Of a stretch of 64,000 bases of DNA, positions 9,423-19,105 are shown in pieces. The notes under the pieces are model-generated. The model made no database searches. It was not told the origin of the DNA and saw only the letters and a program-made list of their open reading frames with translations. The position numbers and the translations under genes were made by a program. Positions within the stretch are counted from its first letter, which is position 1, and each line of letters starts with the position of its first letter. This DNA is from an uncultured Fluviicola sp. GTDB taxonomy: Bacteria; Bacteroidota; Bacteroidia; Flavobacteriales_D; Crocinitomicaceae. Location of the stretch: the NCBI GenBank assembly GCA_966211245.1, contig CBIHND010000011.1:56274-120273 (forward strand), in the 5' to 3' direction.

Positions 9423-11465
9423 ATGCGAAATTTTTACATCTCCATTGTTTCCGTATTACTCGTTTTTACCGGTTTTTCACAGGAAGAGGACGAAGCTTGT
9501 CTGCCACCGGCTAAAAAAGTGGTAAAGTACCTGGAAGTTGCAAAAACGGCAGCACCACAGGCCGCAGCTGAAAATTACGGTAAAGCAATTGAAGAAGCAC
9601 CGGATAATGCAATGGTGTATTTTGAGTTCGGAGCATACGCTTACCATCAGGGAGAAGATCAATATGCAAATAACCCGAATCCTTCGTTTGGTGATCGTAG
9701 TTTCCAACGTGCAGAGGATTTGTTGACAAAGGCCGCGGGCCTCTGCGATAGTTATCATACCGATATGTATTTCTTTCTGGGAATCATCAACTACACGCAG
9801 GAGCAGAAAGATGAAGCAATGAAATGGTTTAAGAAATTCATTGAATTCAAAAGTGATGACCTTTCCCGATTCAATCCTGAATATACGAAGCAGGTAAGTG
9901 ATGTTAAGTCACTTATGAAAATGGAAGCTGATGACGCAGCGTTGAAAGAGCAGGAGGTGCCATTCAATCCTGTAATGGTAAAGAATGTTTCCTCTGAATA
10001 CGACGAATACTTTCCGATGATTTCACCGGATAACCTCTTCATGTTCTACACCCGTAAGATGGATGAGGGAATGAACTCCGGATACATGGGGTCAGGATTG
10101 AAAGAATACTATACATTCTCCGAGCGCCAGTCAGATGACATGGATTTTACGAAAGGAAAACCGTTTGCTGCGCCGTTCAACAAGGGTGATTTTGCAAGCT
10201 ATGGTGCGGCAACAATGTCTGTGGATAACAAGGAAATGATCATGTGCGCCTGCAAAAAAACACAGGTGTTCGGACAGGATTACCTGGATTGTGATTTGTA
10301 CTCGACAACGTTTGAAAAAGTAGGGCCAAATCCGAACGATTACAAATGGTCGGAATTGGTTAATCTTGGACCTAAGATCAATACACCTGATGGTTGGGAA
10401 GGGCAACCTTCTATGTCGGCTGACGGACAAATCCTGTTTTATACGGCCATGAGAGCAACTACTCAGGATAATGACGTATTCATGGTGAAACGCAATGCTG
10501 ACGGAACATGGGGAACACCGGAACCGTTCACACCGATCAATACAAAAGGAAAAGACAAAAGCCCTTTCCTTCACCAGGATAGTGAAACATTGTACTTCGT
10601 ATCTACAACAACCAATGAGCGCAAAGGAGCCGGAGGTTTGGATATCTTCTACATGCGCATGGGGGAAGACGGAGAATGGAGTGAACCAAGAAACATTGGT
10701 TATCCGATCAATACACCGGAAGATGAACTAGGATTGTTTGTTTCAACAAATGGGGAATTGGCTTATTTCTCATCACGTCAGGGTGGGAACTGGAATATTT
10801 ACGGATTCGAATTGTACGAAGAAGCGCGTCCGAAACCGGTAACGATTTTGAAAGGGGAATTGAAAGATCCGCAAGGAGCTCCAATTGAGAATGCAACAGT
10901 TGAAATCGCTTATTCGGAAAGTGATAAGGTGGAGACTGTAAAAGTAAATGGAAACGATGGGCGATATGCTGTTGTTGTGAAGCAGGAAAAACCTCAGGAC
11001 ATTATCGTTTCAGTGAAGAAAGAAGGTTCTGCATACGATGCAAAACTAATTACGAAAGAAGATCTGGCTAAGAAAGAAGATCGTCCGAACAGCGATTTGG
11101 CGATCAAGGAATTGAAAGTTGGAGAAGCATATACAATCAACGACATTCTTTACGATTACAACTCTGACGTTTTGAGCGAAAAATCGAAGTTCGTATTGCG
11201 TGAGTTCGCACGTTACCTGAAAGCAAATGAAAACATCAAAATCGCCATTCAGGGTCATACCGACAGCGATGGTGACGATGCGCGTAACCTGGATCTTTCC
11301 GATCGTCGTGCAAAAGGAGTACAACGTTACCTGATTTCATTGGGAATCGATGAGAGCCGTTTGTCAGCGAAAGGATATGGAGAAGCCATGCCGAAAGTTG
11401 CAAACGATACAGCTGAAAACAAAGCGAAAAACCGTCGTACGGACTTCCTGATTGAGGGAATGTAA
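9423..11465 (+). CDS. TPR + PD40 propeller + CRD + OmpA-family protein (PorE-like architecture)
   Basis: EYFPMISPD, WEGQPSMSADG, DKSPFLHQD repeats; C-terminal IQGHTDSDG..RNLDLSDRRA, GYGE, NRRTDF. Confidence 0.88.
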   Translation: MRNFYISIVSVLLVFTGFSQEEDEACLPPAKKVVKYLEVAKTAAPQAAAENYGKAIEEAPDNAMVYFEFGAYAYHQGEDQYANNPNPSFGDRSFQRAEDLLTKAAGLCDSYHTDMYFFLGIINYTQEQKDEAMKWFKKFIEFKSDDLSRFNPEYTKQVSDVKSLMKMEADDAALKEQEVPFNPVMVKNVSSEYDEYFPMISPDNLFMFYTRKMDEGMNSGYMGSGLKEYYTFSERQSDDMDFTKGKPFAAPFNKGDFASYGAATMSVDNKEMIMCACKKTQVFGQDYLDCDLYSTTFEKVGPNPNDYKWSELVNLGPKINTPDGWEGQPSMSADGQILFYTAMRATTQDNDVFMVKRNADGTWGTPEPFTPINTKGKDKSPFLHQDSETLYFVSTTTNERKGAGGLDIFYMRMGEDGEWSEPRNIGYPINTPEDELGLFVSTNGELAYFSSRQGGNWNIYGFELYEEARPKPVTILKGELKDPQGAPIENATVEIAYSESDKVETVKVNGNDGRYAVVVKQEKPQDIIVSVKKEGSAYDAKLITKEDLAKKEDRPNSDLAIKELKVGEAYTINDILYDYNSDVLSEKSKFVLREFARYLKANENIKIAIQGHTDSDGDDARNLDLSDRRAKGVQRYLISLGIDESRLSAKGYGEAMPKVANDTAENKAKNRRTDFLIEGM

Positions 11466-11466
11466 G

Positions 11467-11547
11467 GAATGTTGATTGTTGAAGGGTGAATTGTGAATGA
11501 ATGACAAAATTCATCACTCATCATTCAACAATCTACATTCAACCTTC
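11467..11547. repeat. Heptad-periodic inverted repeat element A
   Basis: GAATGTTGATTGTTGAA (11467-83) vs TTCAACAATCTACATTC (11524-40), 16/17 complementary; both arms have 7-nt period. Confidence 0.85.
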
Positions 11548-11585
11548 GCAATTATTCCGTAAATTCGCTGTCTAATTTTTTCGCA

Positions 11586-12227
11586 ATGAACAGCTGGTTT
11601 ACAGTCAAAGTAAAATATACCAAACAACTCGAAGACGGGTCGTTTAAACGCGTTTCAGAACCATATCTTGTGGCGGCAATGACATTCTCCGATGCGGAAA
11701 CACGCATCTATGAAGAATTGGGAATGTCTATTCGCGGTGAGTTCGTGGTAAATGGAATTTCCCGTACAGACATTCACGAAATTTTCCATTACGAAGACGC
11801 GGATGTATGGTACAAATGCAAAATCACTTACGAAGCAGCTTCTGATTCTTCTGAAGAGGGTGGAAAGGCTAAGAAAATCTCCCAAAATATGCTTGTTTCC
11901 GCACATTCAGTTAAGGAAGCATACGAGCGTTTGAAGGAAAGCCTGCAGGGAATGATGATGGACTACATGATTCCATCCATTTCTATTTCTCCGATCATGG
12001 ACATTTTCCCGTTCAACGATAACGGTGAGGATGCGGTAGGAAAAGAATTCGAGAAACAAGTGAAGAAAGATATCGCAGCTGCCTCAAAAGCAGAGCCTGA
12101 GCATAACCTTGGACGCAAAACTGTTTTCTCTGCACCCGGATCTGATGAAGACGATGAGGAGTTCGATGCAGATTTCAACGACGATGAAGACAGCGTAATC
12201 GACGACCAGTTCGGAGAAGAAGAATAA
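11586..12227 (+). CDS. DUF4494-domain protein with acidic tail
   Basis: WFTVKVKYTKQLEDG..KRVSEPYLV.AMTFSDAE.RI and WYKCK motifs. Confidence 0.88.
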   Translation: MNSWFTVKVKYTKQLEDGSFKRVSEPYLVAAMTFSDAETRIYEELGMSIRGEFVVNGISRTDIHEIFHYEDADVWYKCKITYEAASDSSEEGGKAKKISQNMLVSAHSVKEAYERLKESLQGMMMDYMIPSISISPIMDIFPFNDNGEDAVGKEFEKQVKKDIAAASKAEPEHNLGRKTVFSAPGSDEDDEEFDADFNDDEDSVIDDQFGEEE

Positions 12228-12229
12228 CA

Positions 12230-12877
12230 ATGAGCGATTTTTTAGATCAATTGAAAAACGATCACCGTCAATTTGATCAGGGGAAACTGGAAGACTATTT
12301 CGGGAATGAACCTTTTCACCTGATGGCGCAATGGCTCCGTGACGCGGTAGAAAAACCAGCAACAGAACCCAATGCGATGATTGTTTCGACCTTCGATCTA
12401 TCGGGATACCCTCGATCCAGAGTAGTGTACTGGAAAGATCTACTGGCAGAAGGAATTGTATTCTACACCAATTACAACAGCGATAAAGGCAAGGCGATTG
12501 CTGCAAATCCGAAGGTTCATGCACTCTTGTATTGGCCCGAAATGGAACGACAAATCAGCATCACCGGAGTTGCGGAAAAAGTTCCTTTTGAAATGTCGGA
12601 CGAATACTTTCAGTCGCGCCCTTTGGGAAGTAAGCTTGGAGCCTGGGCATCCAGACAAAGTGAGCGACTTGAATCGCGCGATGAGTTGGAGCGCAGAGTA
12701 GAAGAGTTTTCAGAGAAATTTCAGGAGAATGTACCGACTCCCGAATTCTGGGGAGGATACCTGATTCGTCCGGTTAGTGTCGAATTCTGGCAGGGGAGAC
12801 CATCACGTTTGCACGATCGCATCAATTTTGAACTTCAACCCGACGGATCCTGGGAAATCTACCGCAAGAACCCGTAA
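12230..12877 (+). CDS. pdxH: Pyridoxamine 5'-phosphate oxidase
   Basis: EPNAM, FYTNYNSDKG, YFQSRPLGSKLGAWASRQS, WGGY, VEFWQGRPSRLHDR. Confidence 0.97.
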   Translation: MSDFLDQLKNDHRQFDQGKLEDYFGNEPFHLMAQWLRDAVEKPATEPNAMIVSTFDLSGYPRSRVVYWKDLLAEGIVFYTNYNSDKGKAIAANPKVHALLYWPEMERQISITGVAEKVPFEMSDEYFQSRPLGSKLGAWASRQSERLESRDELERRVEEFSEKFQENVPTPEFWGGYLIRPVSVEFWQGRPSRLHDRINFELQPDGSWEIYRKNP

Positions 12878-12880
12878 TTA

Positions 12881-14116
12881 ATGATTGAAATCAAACCAGA
12901 AATAGTTCGTTTATCGAACGGAATTAGATTGGTGTATTTGCACGCATCAGCTCCAGTTGCGCACCTTGGTGTGACGTTTCTTGCCGGTTCACGCTACGAA
13001 CAGGAAAATGAAATTGGACTTGCACATTTTCTTGAGCATTGCATCTTTAAAGGAACCGAAAAACGAAAAACGATTCACATCCTCTCGCGTCTTGATTCTG
13101 TTGGTGGAGAAATCAATGCCTACACGACGAAGGAGGAAATTTGTGTTTACGCATCGTTCGTGAAAAATCACCTTTCAAGAGCTACAGAATTACTTGCAGA
13201 TATTGCAATCAACAGCGTTTTTCCTGAAAAGGAAATCGTCAAAGAAAAAGAAATTGTTCTGGATGAATTGAATTCATACATGGACAATCCAAGTGAGAAG
13301 ATTTTCGATGATTTTGAAGCAATGTTGTTCCCGAATCACCCGCTTGGGAATAATATTCTGGGGACACCGGAAACAGTTCAGTCGTTTACCCGCGAATCGT
13401 TGAAGAAATATGTGGATCGTTTCTTTTTTGCCGAGAATGCGGTTATTTCGTTTGTCGGAGATGTTCCATTGAAGGAGTTGATCAAACTTCTTGAAAAGCA
13501 TTTTTCGGGATTGAAGAAAAACCTTGAAGTGAGGAAACCGGAAACATTTACGAACTACGAAGTAAGTCGTAAACGTGTTCAGGAAGGAAATTATCAGGCA
13601 CACGCTGTAATCGGGGGAATGGCTCCCGGATATTCCGAAGAAACACGTCGCGGAATGACCCTGTTGATCAATTTGCTTGGTGGTCCGGCACTAAATTCAC
13701 GGTTGGTACTTTCCATTCGTGAGAAATACGGATACAGTTATAACGTTGAAGCGAATTACGCTCCGTATGCCGATTTGGGGTATTGGTCGGTGTATTTTGG
13801 GACGGATCAGAAATACCTGAATAAAACACTAGCGTTGGTGTATAAGGAATTGAAGCGTTTGCGTGAAGTTCCGTTGACGGATCGTCAGCTCTCCGAAGCA
13901 AAAGAACAGTTGAAAGGACACATTGCTTTATCGTTAGATTCGAACGTCGGATTGATGCAAGGCCTCGGTAAAAGTTTGCTTCTTTTCAATCAGATCGATA
14001 CGATTCAGGAAATGTATGCCAGCATTGATAAATTGACGGCAAAGGAGTTGCAGGAGATTGCTAAGAAGTACTTTACGGAAGATCAGATTTCCGAACTAAT
14101 TTTTGAGGTGAAATAG
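12881..14116 (+). CDS. M16-family (pitrilysin) zinc metallopeptidase
   Basis: GLAHFLEHCIFKGT (HxxEH), NAYTTKE, SRL..SIREKYGYSY. Confidence 0.93.
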   Translation: MIEIKPEIVRLSNGIRLVYLHASAPVAHLGVTFLAGSRYEQENEIGLAHFLEHCIFKGTEKRKTIHILSRLDSVGGEINAYTTKEEICVYASFVKNHLSRATELLADIAINSVFPEKEIVKEKEIVLDELNSYMDNPSEKIFDDFEAMLFPNHPLGNNILGTPETVQSFTRESLKKYVDRFFFAENAVISFVGDVPLKELIKLLEKHFSGLKKNLEVRKPETFTNYEVSRKRVQEGNYQAHAVIGGMAPGYSEETRRGMTLLINLLGGPALNSRLVLSIREKYGYSYNVEANYAPYADLGYWSVYFGTDQKYLNKTLALVYKELKRLREVPLTDRQLSEAKEQLKGHIALSLDSNVGLMQGLGKSLLLFNQIDTIQEMYASIDKLTAKELQEIAKKYFTEDQISELIFEVK

Positions 14117-14119
14117 GTT

Positions 14120-14135
14120 GTCCGCTGCGGCGGAC
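14120..14135. repeat. Short GC-rich REP-like palindrome
   Basis: GTCCGC-TGCG-GCGGAC in an AT-rich spacer. Confidence 0.45.
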
Positions 14136-14166
14136 CGAAAGAGTACCACTATAAATAATTTGTAAC

Positions 14167-14736
14167 ATGACCTTCCAGGAATACCTCGCATACACGTCCC
14201 GCATTCTTTCCGGAGAACTGGAAATAGAACCGTATACCAATCCGGCATATTTCGAATACACACAATTGAACCTTACCCGCATGAAACGTTGGTTGAAAAC
14301 CGGAGAGATTCTTCCTGAAGCGGAAGAGCTGATCAAAGGAATCACACAGCGCCAAACGTGGTTGGTAATCAGTGAACCTTGGTGTGGGGATGCTGCACAC
14401 AGTTTGCCATTCATTTACATGCTTTCAAAACTCAATAAGAAGATTGAGTTGAAGATTGAGTTGCGCGATTCGGAACCGCATCGAATTGAAAAATACCTGA
14501 CAAACGGGACCAAGTCTATTCCGATCCTGATCGTTCGAAACAAGCACGGAGAAGACCAATTTGTTTGGGGGCCACGACCTGAATCAGCCAGAACACTACG
14601 ATTATCGTTGCTGGAAGAAGGAATACCGGCAGATCAATTGAAAGTGAAACTTCAGGAATGGTATAACAGAGATAGGGGAGAGCAAATTCAACGAGAATTA
14701 CACGAATTGATTTACAACCATTCGGCGTTTTCCTGA
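14167..14736 (+). CDS. Thioredoxin_9-family protein
   Basis: SEPWCGDAA, YLTNGTKSIPILI, WGPRP. Confidence 0.88.
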   Translation: MTFQEYLAYTSRILSGELEIEPYTNPAYFEYTQLNLTRMKRWLKTGEILPEAEELIKGITQRQTWLVISEPWCGDAAHSLPFIYMLSKLNKKIELKIELRDSEPHRIEKYLTNGTKSIPILIVRNKHGEDQFVWGPRPESARTLRLSLLEEGIPADQLKVKLQEWYNRDRGEQIQRELHELIYNHSAFS

Positions 14737-14757
14737 TCATAGTGAACAACCAGAATT

Positions 14758-16302
14758 ATGAAAACAATCCTATATACCGCCTTTTTTCTTCTACCGTTTT
14801 GTATGACGGGACAATCTACCTGTGAAAATGTTGACTTTGAAGATGGAAACCTGAATGGCTGGACTACCGAAGGAACATCAGAAATTGTAACCAGAAATCA
14901 GATAGATACCTATGGAAACTTCAATTTGGCTTCTTCCGGTTTTTACAGTATCAAATTGGGCAGCGAGACAAATACTGCACCTTCCGGCGCTTCGAGGTCT
15001 TTTTTGGTTACGCCGGACTCGCGTTATTTTATCTATTCTTATGCGAGTGTAATGGCGGGCGCGCACGGTCCCTCGGAAGCTGCTAAATTCGAAATAATGA
15101 TCAAGGATGAAAACGATTCCGTCATTCCGTGTACTTCCCTTACGGCATACGCGATTCCCGGAAATACATCAGGATATGTTGCAAGTGATTCGCTTTTTGG
15201 TGTAGATACGATTTATTACAAAACATGGGAGTCAAATGTAGTCGATCTGTCCAATTACGTGGGACAGACATTGACCGTTACATTGAGTTGCAGGTGGTGC
15301 ATTTACGATTACCATTGGTCCTATGCCTACATTGATTCGTACTGTACTTCACAGCTCATTTATCCGTATAAAACATGTGATGATGAGGATTTTATGATCA
15401 GCACTATACCTGGATTCACAACGTATAACTGGAGCGGACCTGGAATTGTTTCCGGACAGGGAACATCCACCATTATGATCGATCAGCCGGGATTATATAC
15501 CGTCGATATTCCCAACAAAACGGTTGGGTGCGATTCACTACATCTGGAAGTGACAACGGATTTAAACATTACGGTATCGAAACCAGAAGTCAATTTTCAA
15601 TCTGACACCTTGTGTGTATTTGATGAAGTGGTTTTTGAAAATCTCTCAACCGGCTCGATTCCAATCAGCAGTTGCTTCTGGTACATCGATGGTGTGCTTC
15701 AAAATTCACCCTGGGATTTGTCGTATATTCCGATGAGCAATGATTCGATTCATGTTCTCCTGATTTGTGAGAACCAAATCGGTTGTATCGATTCTATTGA
15801 AAGATGGTATAAGCCACTGAATACGCCTGAACTTCATTTGGTTGAGGATCAAATCAGTTGTGCAGGTGAATCGGTAGCGTTGTATGCGATCGGTTCAATG
15901 TACGGGGAACTGGTCTGGTCGAATGGTATTGTCTCGGATACTTGCGTTGTCAACAACGAAGGCGTTTATTATGCAACGACGTCGAACGGTATCTGTGATG
16001 CGACGGATTCTGTTCATGTATTTGCGAACTCTTCTTATTTGGGAGAAATTCCGAATGTATTTACTCCCAACAATGATCTGGTCAACGATATTTTCGATTT
16101 ATCGTTAGAGAATATCAAAGATTATCATTTGATCATTACAAACAGATGGGGGAATCTTGTTTTCGAATCTTTTAATGAGCAGGTAGAGTGGGACGGTAAA
16201 GTAAACGGTGATTGGGTGGAATCTGGTGTGTATTTCTATCAATTGACGTACACGTGTAACCAACCGCGTCTGAAAAGTGGATTCGTTCAGGTGATTCGAT
16301 GA
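14758..16302 (+). CDS. T9SS type B cargo (gliding motility-associated CHU_C CTD) with PKD-like domain
   Basis: Signal peptide; IPNVFTPNNDLVND.F...I.NRWGNLVF...WDG...GVYFY CTD. Confidence 0.9.
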   Translation: MKTILYTAFFLLPFCMTGQSTCENVDFEDGNLNGWTTEGTSEIVTRNQIDTYGNFNLASSGFYSIKLGSETNTAPSGASRSFLVTPDSRYFIYSYASVMAGAHGPSEAAKFEIMIKDENDSVIPCTSLTAYAIPGNTSGYVASDSLFGVDTIYYKTWESNVVDLSNYVGQTLTVTLSCRWCIYDYHWSYAYIDSYCTSQLIYPYKTCDDEDFMISTIPGFTTYNWSGPGIVSGQGTSTIMIDQPGLYTVDIPNKTVGCDSLHLEVTTDLNITVSKPEVNFQSDTLCVFDEVVFENLSTGSIPISSCFWYIDGVLQNSPWDLSYIPMSNDSIHVLLICENQIGCIDSIERWYKPLNTPELHLVEDQISCAGESVALYAIGSMYGELVWSNGIVSDTCVVNNEGVYYATTSNGICDATDSVHVFANSSYLGEIPNVFTPNNDLVNDIFDLSLENIKDYHLIITNRWGNLVFESFNEQVEWDGKVNGDWVESGVYFYQLTYTCNQPRLKSGFVQVIR

Positions 16303-16304
16303 TG

Positions 16305-17006
16305 CTACAGCTCTCTGTCATGAAAGTCCCTCGTCAACTCCTTGTACTCCGGTGAATAATCTCCGGTTTCCGTACGAATTGTAAACTCGGTTTCCGTTGT
16401 TCCCAAATTGATTTTTGAAAGTGCAAGAATCGTTCTGACATGCTTCCCGGGCTTCCCGTATACCGTGATTTTTTTCTGAACGAATAAATAAAATGGTTTA
16501 CAGCCCTCTAAAATCTTAGTTTCAGCACCCTCAGGAACAATGATCCATGCCAATCCATTTGCGGTAAGCAATCTGTAAATGTTTTCGAGTAATTCCTCAA
16601 ACGATAAACTGTCGGTGTGGCGCGCCAACGTAAGCTGATCGTTGGCATTCTTCATGCTATTTTCGAAATATGGGGGATTGCTGATGATCGCGTCAAAAAG
16701 CTCCTTTCCTTCCAAGTCCTGAAGTGAACAATTCAGAACGGTAATGGAGCTCTTAAAGGGTGAATTGGAAGCGTTTTCGATTGCGTCGGCTATTGCGTCT
16801 TTAGAAATGTCAATAGCAGTGATGTTGCCAAAGTTATAGCGTTGAGCACACATCAAAGCGAGGACTCCGGTTCCGGTTCCAACGTCCAGTAGGTGTCCCG
16901 GAGAATCCCAGTGAGATAAGCTTCCGAGCACCATAGCGTCGGTACCGACTTTTAATGCGGCATTGCTTTGTTGAATGGTAAAGCGTTTGAATTTGAAAAT
17001 GCTCAT
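16305..17006 (-). CDS. tRNA1(Val) adenine(37)-N6 methyltransferase (TrmN6/YfiC-like)
   Basis: FKFKRFTIQQ..AALKVGTDAMVLG, LDVGTGTGVLALM, ISNPPYF, ARHT. Confidence 0.92.
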   Translation of the reverse strand: MSIFKFKRFTIQQSNAALKVGTDAMVLGSLSHWDSPGHLLDVGTGTGVLALMCAQRYNFGNITAIDISKDAIADAIENASNSPFKSSITVLNCSLQDLEGKELFDAIISNPPYFENSMKNANDQLTLARHTDSLSFEELLENIYRLLTANGLAWIIVPEGAETKILEGCKPFYLFVQKKITVYGKPGKHVRTILALSKINLGTTETEFTIRTETGDYSPEYKELTRDFHDREL

Positions 17007-17536
17007 TACAAGCCAAGATACATTTCAATCAAACCTTCCGGTGCTGAAATGTGTAATTTTTTCTCGTCGCGATCTACACGTTGGATGAGGTTCTCAACAA
17101 AAGGAACTAACACTTCGTTTTCACCGTTCATGATTTGAAGTAACGGGTTCACCGATAAGTCGATAACCTGTTCCAAGATACCAACCACGCCGAATTTTGT
17201 ATCGATTACCTCGAAACCAATGACTTCGTGGTCATAGAAATGTTTGTCATCCAATTCAGGAAGGACAGTTAACGGAAGAAAGCAGCTTTTACGAAGCAGA
17301 ACTTTCGCGTCATTTTCCGTATCAACTCCTTCAAACTTCACAGCCGCGAAGCCTTTGTTTTTCAATTGAAACGAAGCGATGAAAAAGGGGGTGAGCTGAC
17401 CGTTCAATTCAATGAACAACGCGTCAAGGTTAGCATAATCAGACGGATTGGTAACGTCCAAAAACAGCGAAACTTCACCTTTAAATCCGTGAAGTTTCGC
17501 AATATAACCTAATTGAAAGCAATCTTTTGCTTGCAT
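17006..17536 (-). CDS. rimM: 16S rRNA processing protein RimM
   Basis: LGYIAKLHGFKGEV, FYDHEVIGF, NPLL...EVLVPF, PEGLIEMY; follows rpsP. Confidence 0.96.
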   Translation of the reverse strand: MQAKDCFQLGYIAKLHGFKGEVSLFLDVTNPSDYANLDALFIELNGQLTPFFIASFQLKNKGFAAVKFEGVDTENDAKVLLRKSCFLPLTVLPELDDKHFYDHEVIGFEVIDTKFGVVGILEQVIDLSVNPLLQIMNGENEVLVPFVENLIQRVDRDEKKLHISAPEGLIEMYLGL

Positions 17537-17553
17537 TCAGTTTCTTTATAAAA

Positions 17554-18156
17554 TTACTCAGCAGTTTCTTCTGAAGACTCGTCAGCAGCCGGAGCTTCTT
17601 CAGTTGCCTCATCCGTTGTTGTTTCTGCTTCCGCAGTAACTTCTTCAGTAGCCTCAGCAGCAGCTTCCTCAGTCGGAGCTTCTTCTACTTCTGCTTCAGG
17701 AGTGTTTTTCGCTTCGATAGCTTTTGCTTTTGCAGCATTTGTTTCAGCTTCTGCTTTCAAACGAGCAACTTTGTCAGATGCAGCATTTTTGCTCAATCCG
17801 TCAATTTTACCCTGAATTTTAGCAGCTTTATCAGCTTCCCATGCAGCAAACTTAGCTTCAACTTGCTCAGCAGTCAACGCACCTTTAGCGATTCCTTTGA
17901 TCAAGTGATTTTTGTACAATACTCCTTTGTAAGAAAGAATTGCACGAGCAGTATCAGTCATTTCTGCACCTGTTCCAACCCATTGTACAGCTGAATCAAA
18001 GTTGATGTTGATTGTTGCAGGGTTAGTGTTTGGATTGTAAACTCCCAATTTCTCGATGAATTTACCATCTCTCTTAGCGCGGGAATCTGCTACTACTACG
18101 TGGTAAATTGCTTTACCTTTTTTTCCGTGACGTTGTAAACGAATACGTGTTGCCAT
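17554..18156 (-). CDS. rpsP: 30S ribosomal protein S16 with Ala/Glu-rich C-terminal extension
   Basis: RIRLQRHGKK...YHVVVADSRAKRDGKFIEKLGVYNP. Confidence 0.98.
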   Translation of the reverse strand: MATRIRLQRHGKKGKAIYHVVVADSRAKRDGKFIEKLGVYNPNTNPATININFDSAVQWVGTGAEMTDTARAILSYKGVLYKNHLIKGIAKGALTAEQVEAKFAAWEADKAAKIQGKIDGLSKNAASDKVARLKAEAETNAAKAKAIEAKNTPEAEVEEAPTEEAAAEATEEVTAEAETTTDEATEEAPAADESSEETAE

Positions 18157-18227
18157 TTCTGTTAATGTTTAGGTACGAAACCTGATTAAAAATTAATATT
18201 AACGTCTGCCTAACGAATAAGCAGGGT

Positions 18228-18236
18228 GCAAAGATA
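18228..18236 (-). promoter_or_regulatory. Bacteroidota -7 promoter element for rpsP-rimM-trmN6
   Basis: TATCTTTGC on the minus strand matches the TAnnTTTG consensus. Confidence 0.7.
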
Positions 18237-18269
18237 GTCACTTTTCTCTAAACCGCAAGGATTCGAGTG

Positions 18270-18371
18270 AATTACAATTACGAATTACAAAGTATTCATG
18301 GAAAATGCATCTTAATCGGATAAACCATTCATAATTTGTTACTCGGAATTCATCAGTTGTAATTCGTAATT
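18270..18371. repeat. Heptad-periodic inverted repeat element B
   Basis: AATTACGAATTACAA (18276-90) and TTGTAATTCGTAATT (18357-71) are a perfect 15-bp IR around a 66-bp spacer. Confidence 0.85.
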
Positions 18372-18378
18372 TCGCAAA

Positions 18379-19044
18379 ATGATTACCGAAAAGCTATTAC
18401 TGCAACTCGAAAAGGAGGTGGAGAATCGTTTCCATAATGCCCATGCCGATCACGATTTCGATCACATCAAAAGGGTTACAAGAACTGCACTGTACATTCA
18501 GTCAAAAGATGGTGGAGACAGGCATGTTGTTCACGCTTTGGCCTTACTCCATGACATTTCAGATCATAAATTGAATGGTGGAGCTAAAAATGACGGCGGA
18601 CGAGTTGGAAGAGAAGTAATGGAACAACTCGGATTTCCTGCTGAATTTACGGAGCAGGTTGCAGCCCTGATTGATAAAGTATCTTTTAAAGGAGCTAAGG
18701 TCGCAGATGAAATAGATGCATTGGAACTGGATATTGTTCGTGATGCAGACAGACTTGACGCGATTGGAGCAATCGGGATTGCTCGTGCGTTTCATTTCGG
18801 AGGAGCCAGAAACAGGGCTCTTTACAAGGAAGATGTTCCTCCAACGGAACACACAACTTTCGACGCATATGCCGCAGATAAAAGCCATACACTCAATCAT
18901 TTTTATGAAAAACTGCTCTTGCTGAAAGACCGTATGCAGACTCAAACGGCCAAAGTACTTGCAGAGGAACGACACGAATTGATGGAAAAATTCGTGAATT
19001 CATTTCTCAACGAATGGGAAATGAAAACGTTAAACACCTACTAA
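18379..19044 (+). CDS. HD-domain phosphohydrolase (YedJ-like)
   Basis: HDFDHIKRV, ALLHDI, VRDADRLDAIGAIGIARAF.FGG, HFYEKLLLLKD. Confidence 0.92.
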   Translation: MITEKLLLQLEKEVENRFHNAHADHDFDHIKRVTRTALYIQSKDGGDRHVVHALALLHDISDHKLNGGAKNDGGRVGREVMEQLGFPAEFTEQVAALIDKVSFKGAKVADEIDALELDIVRDADRLDAIGAIGIARAFHFGGARNRALYKEDVPPTEHTTFDAYAADKSHTLNHFYEKLLLLKDRMQTQTAKVLAEERHELMEKFVNSFLNEWEMKTLNTY

Positions 19045-19105
19045 ATTTTTAGTAAATCGATTTGTTAGCGTATTTTTGAGTTAAAATTATTGTCACATTT
19101 GTAAT

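Noticed and set aside
9423-11465. Assigning the symbol porE
   Set aside because: The architecture matches, but Bacteroidota have several paralogs and no lipobox is evident
17554-17760. Low-complexity Ala/Glu repeats at the end of S16 (also the DUF4494 acidic tail)
   Set aside because: These are common disordered extensions in Bacteroidota, not a repeat element
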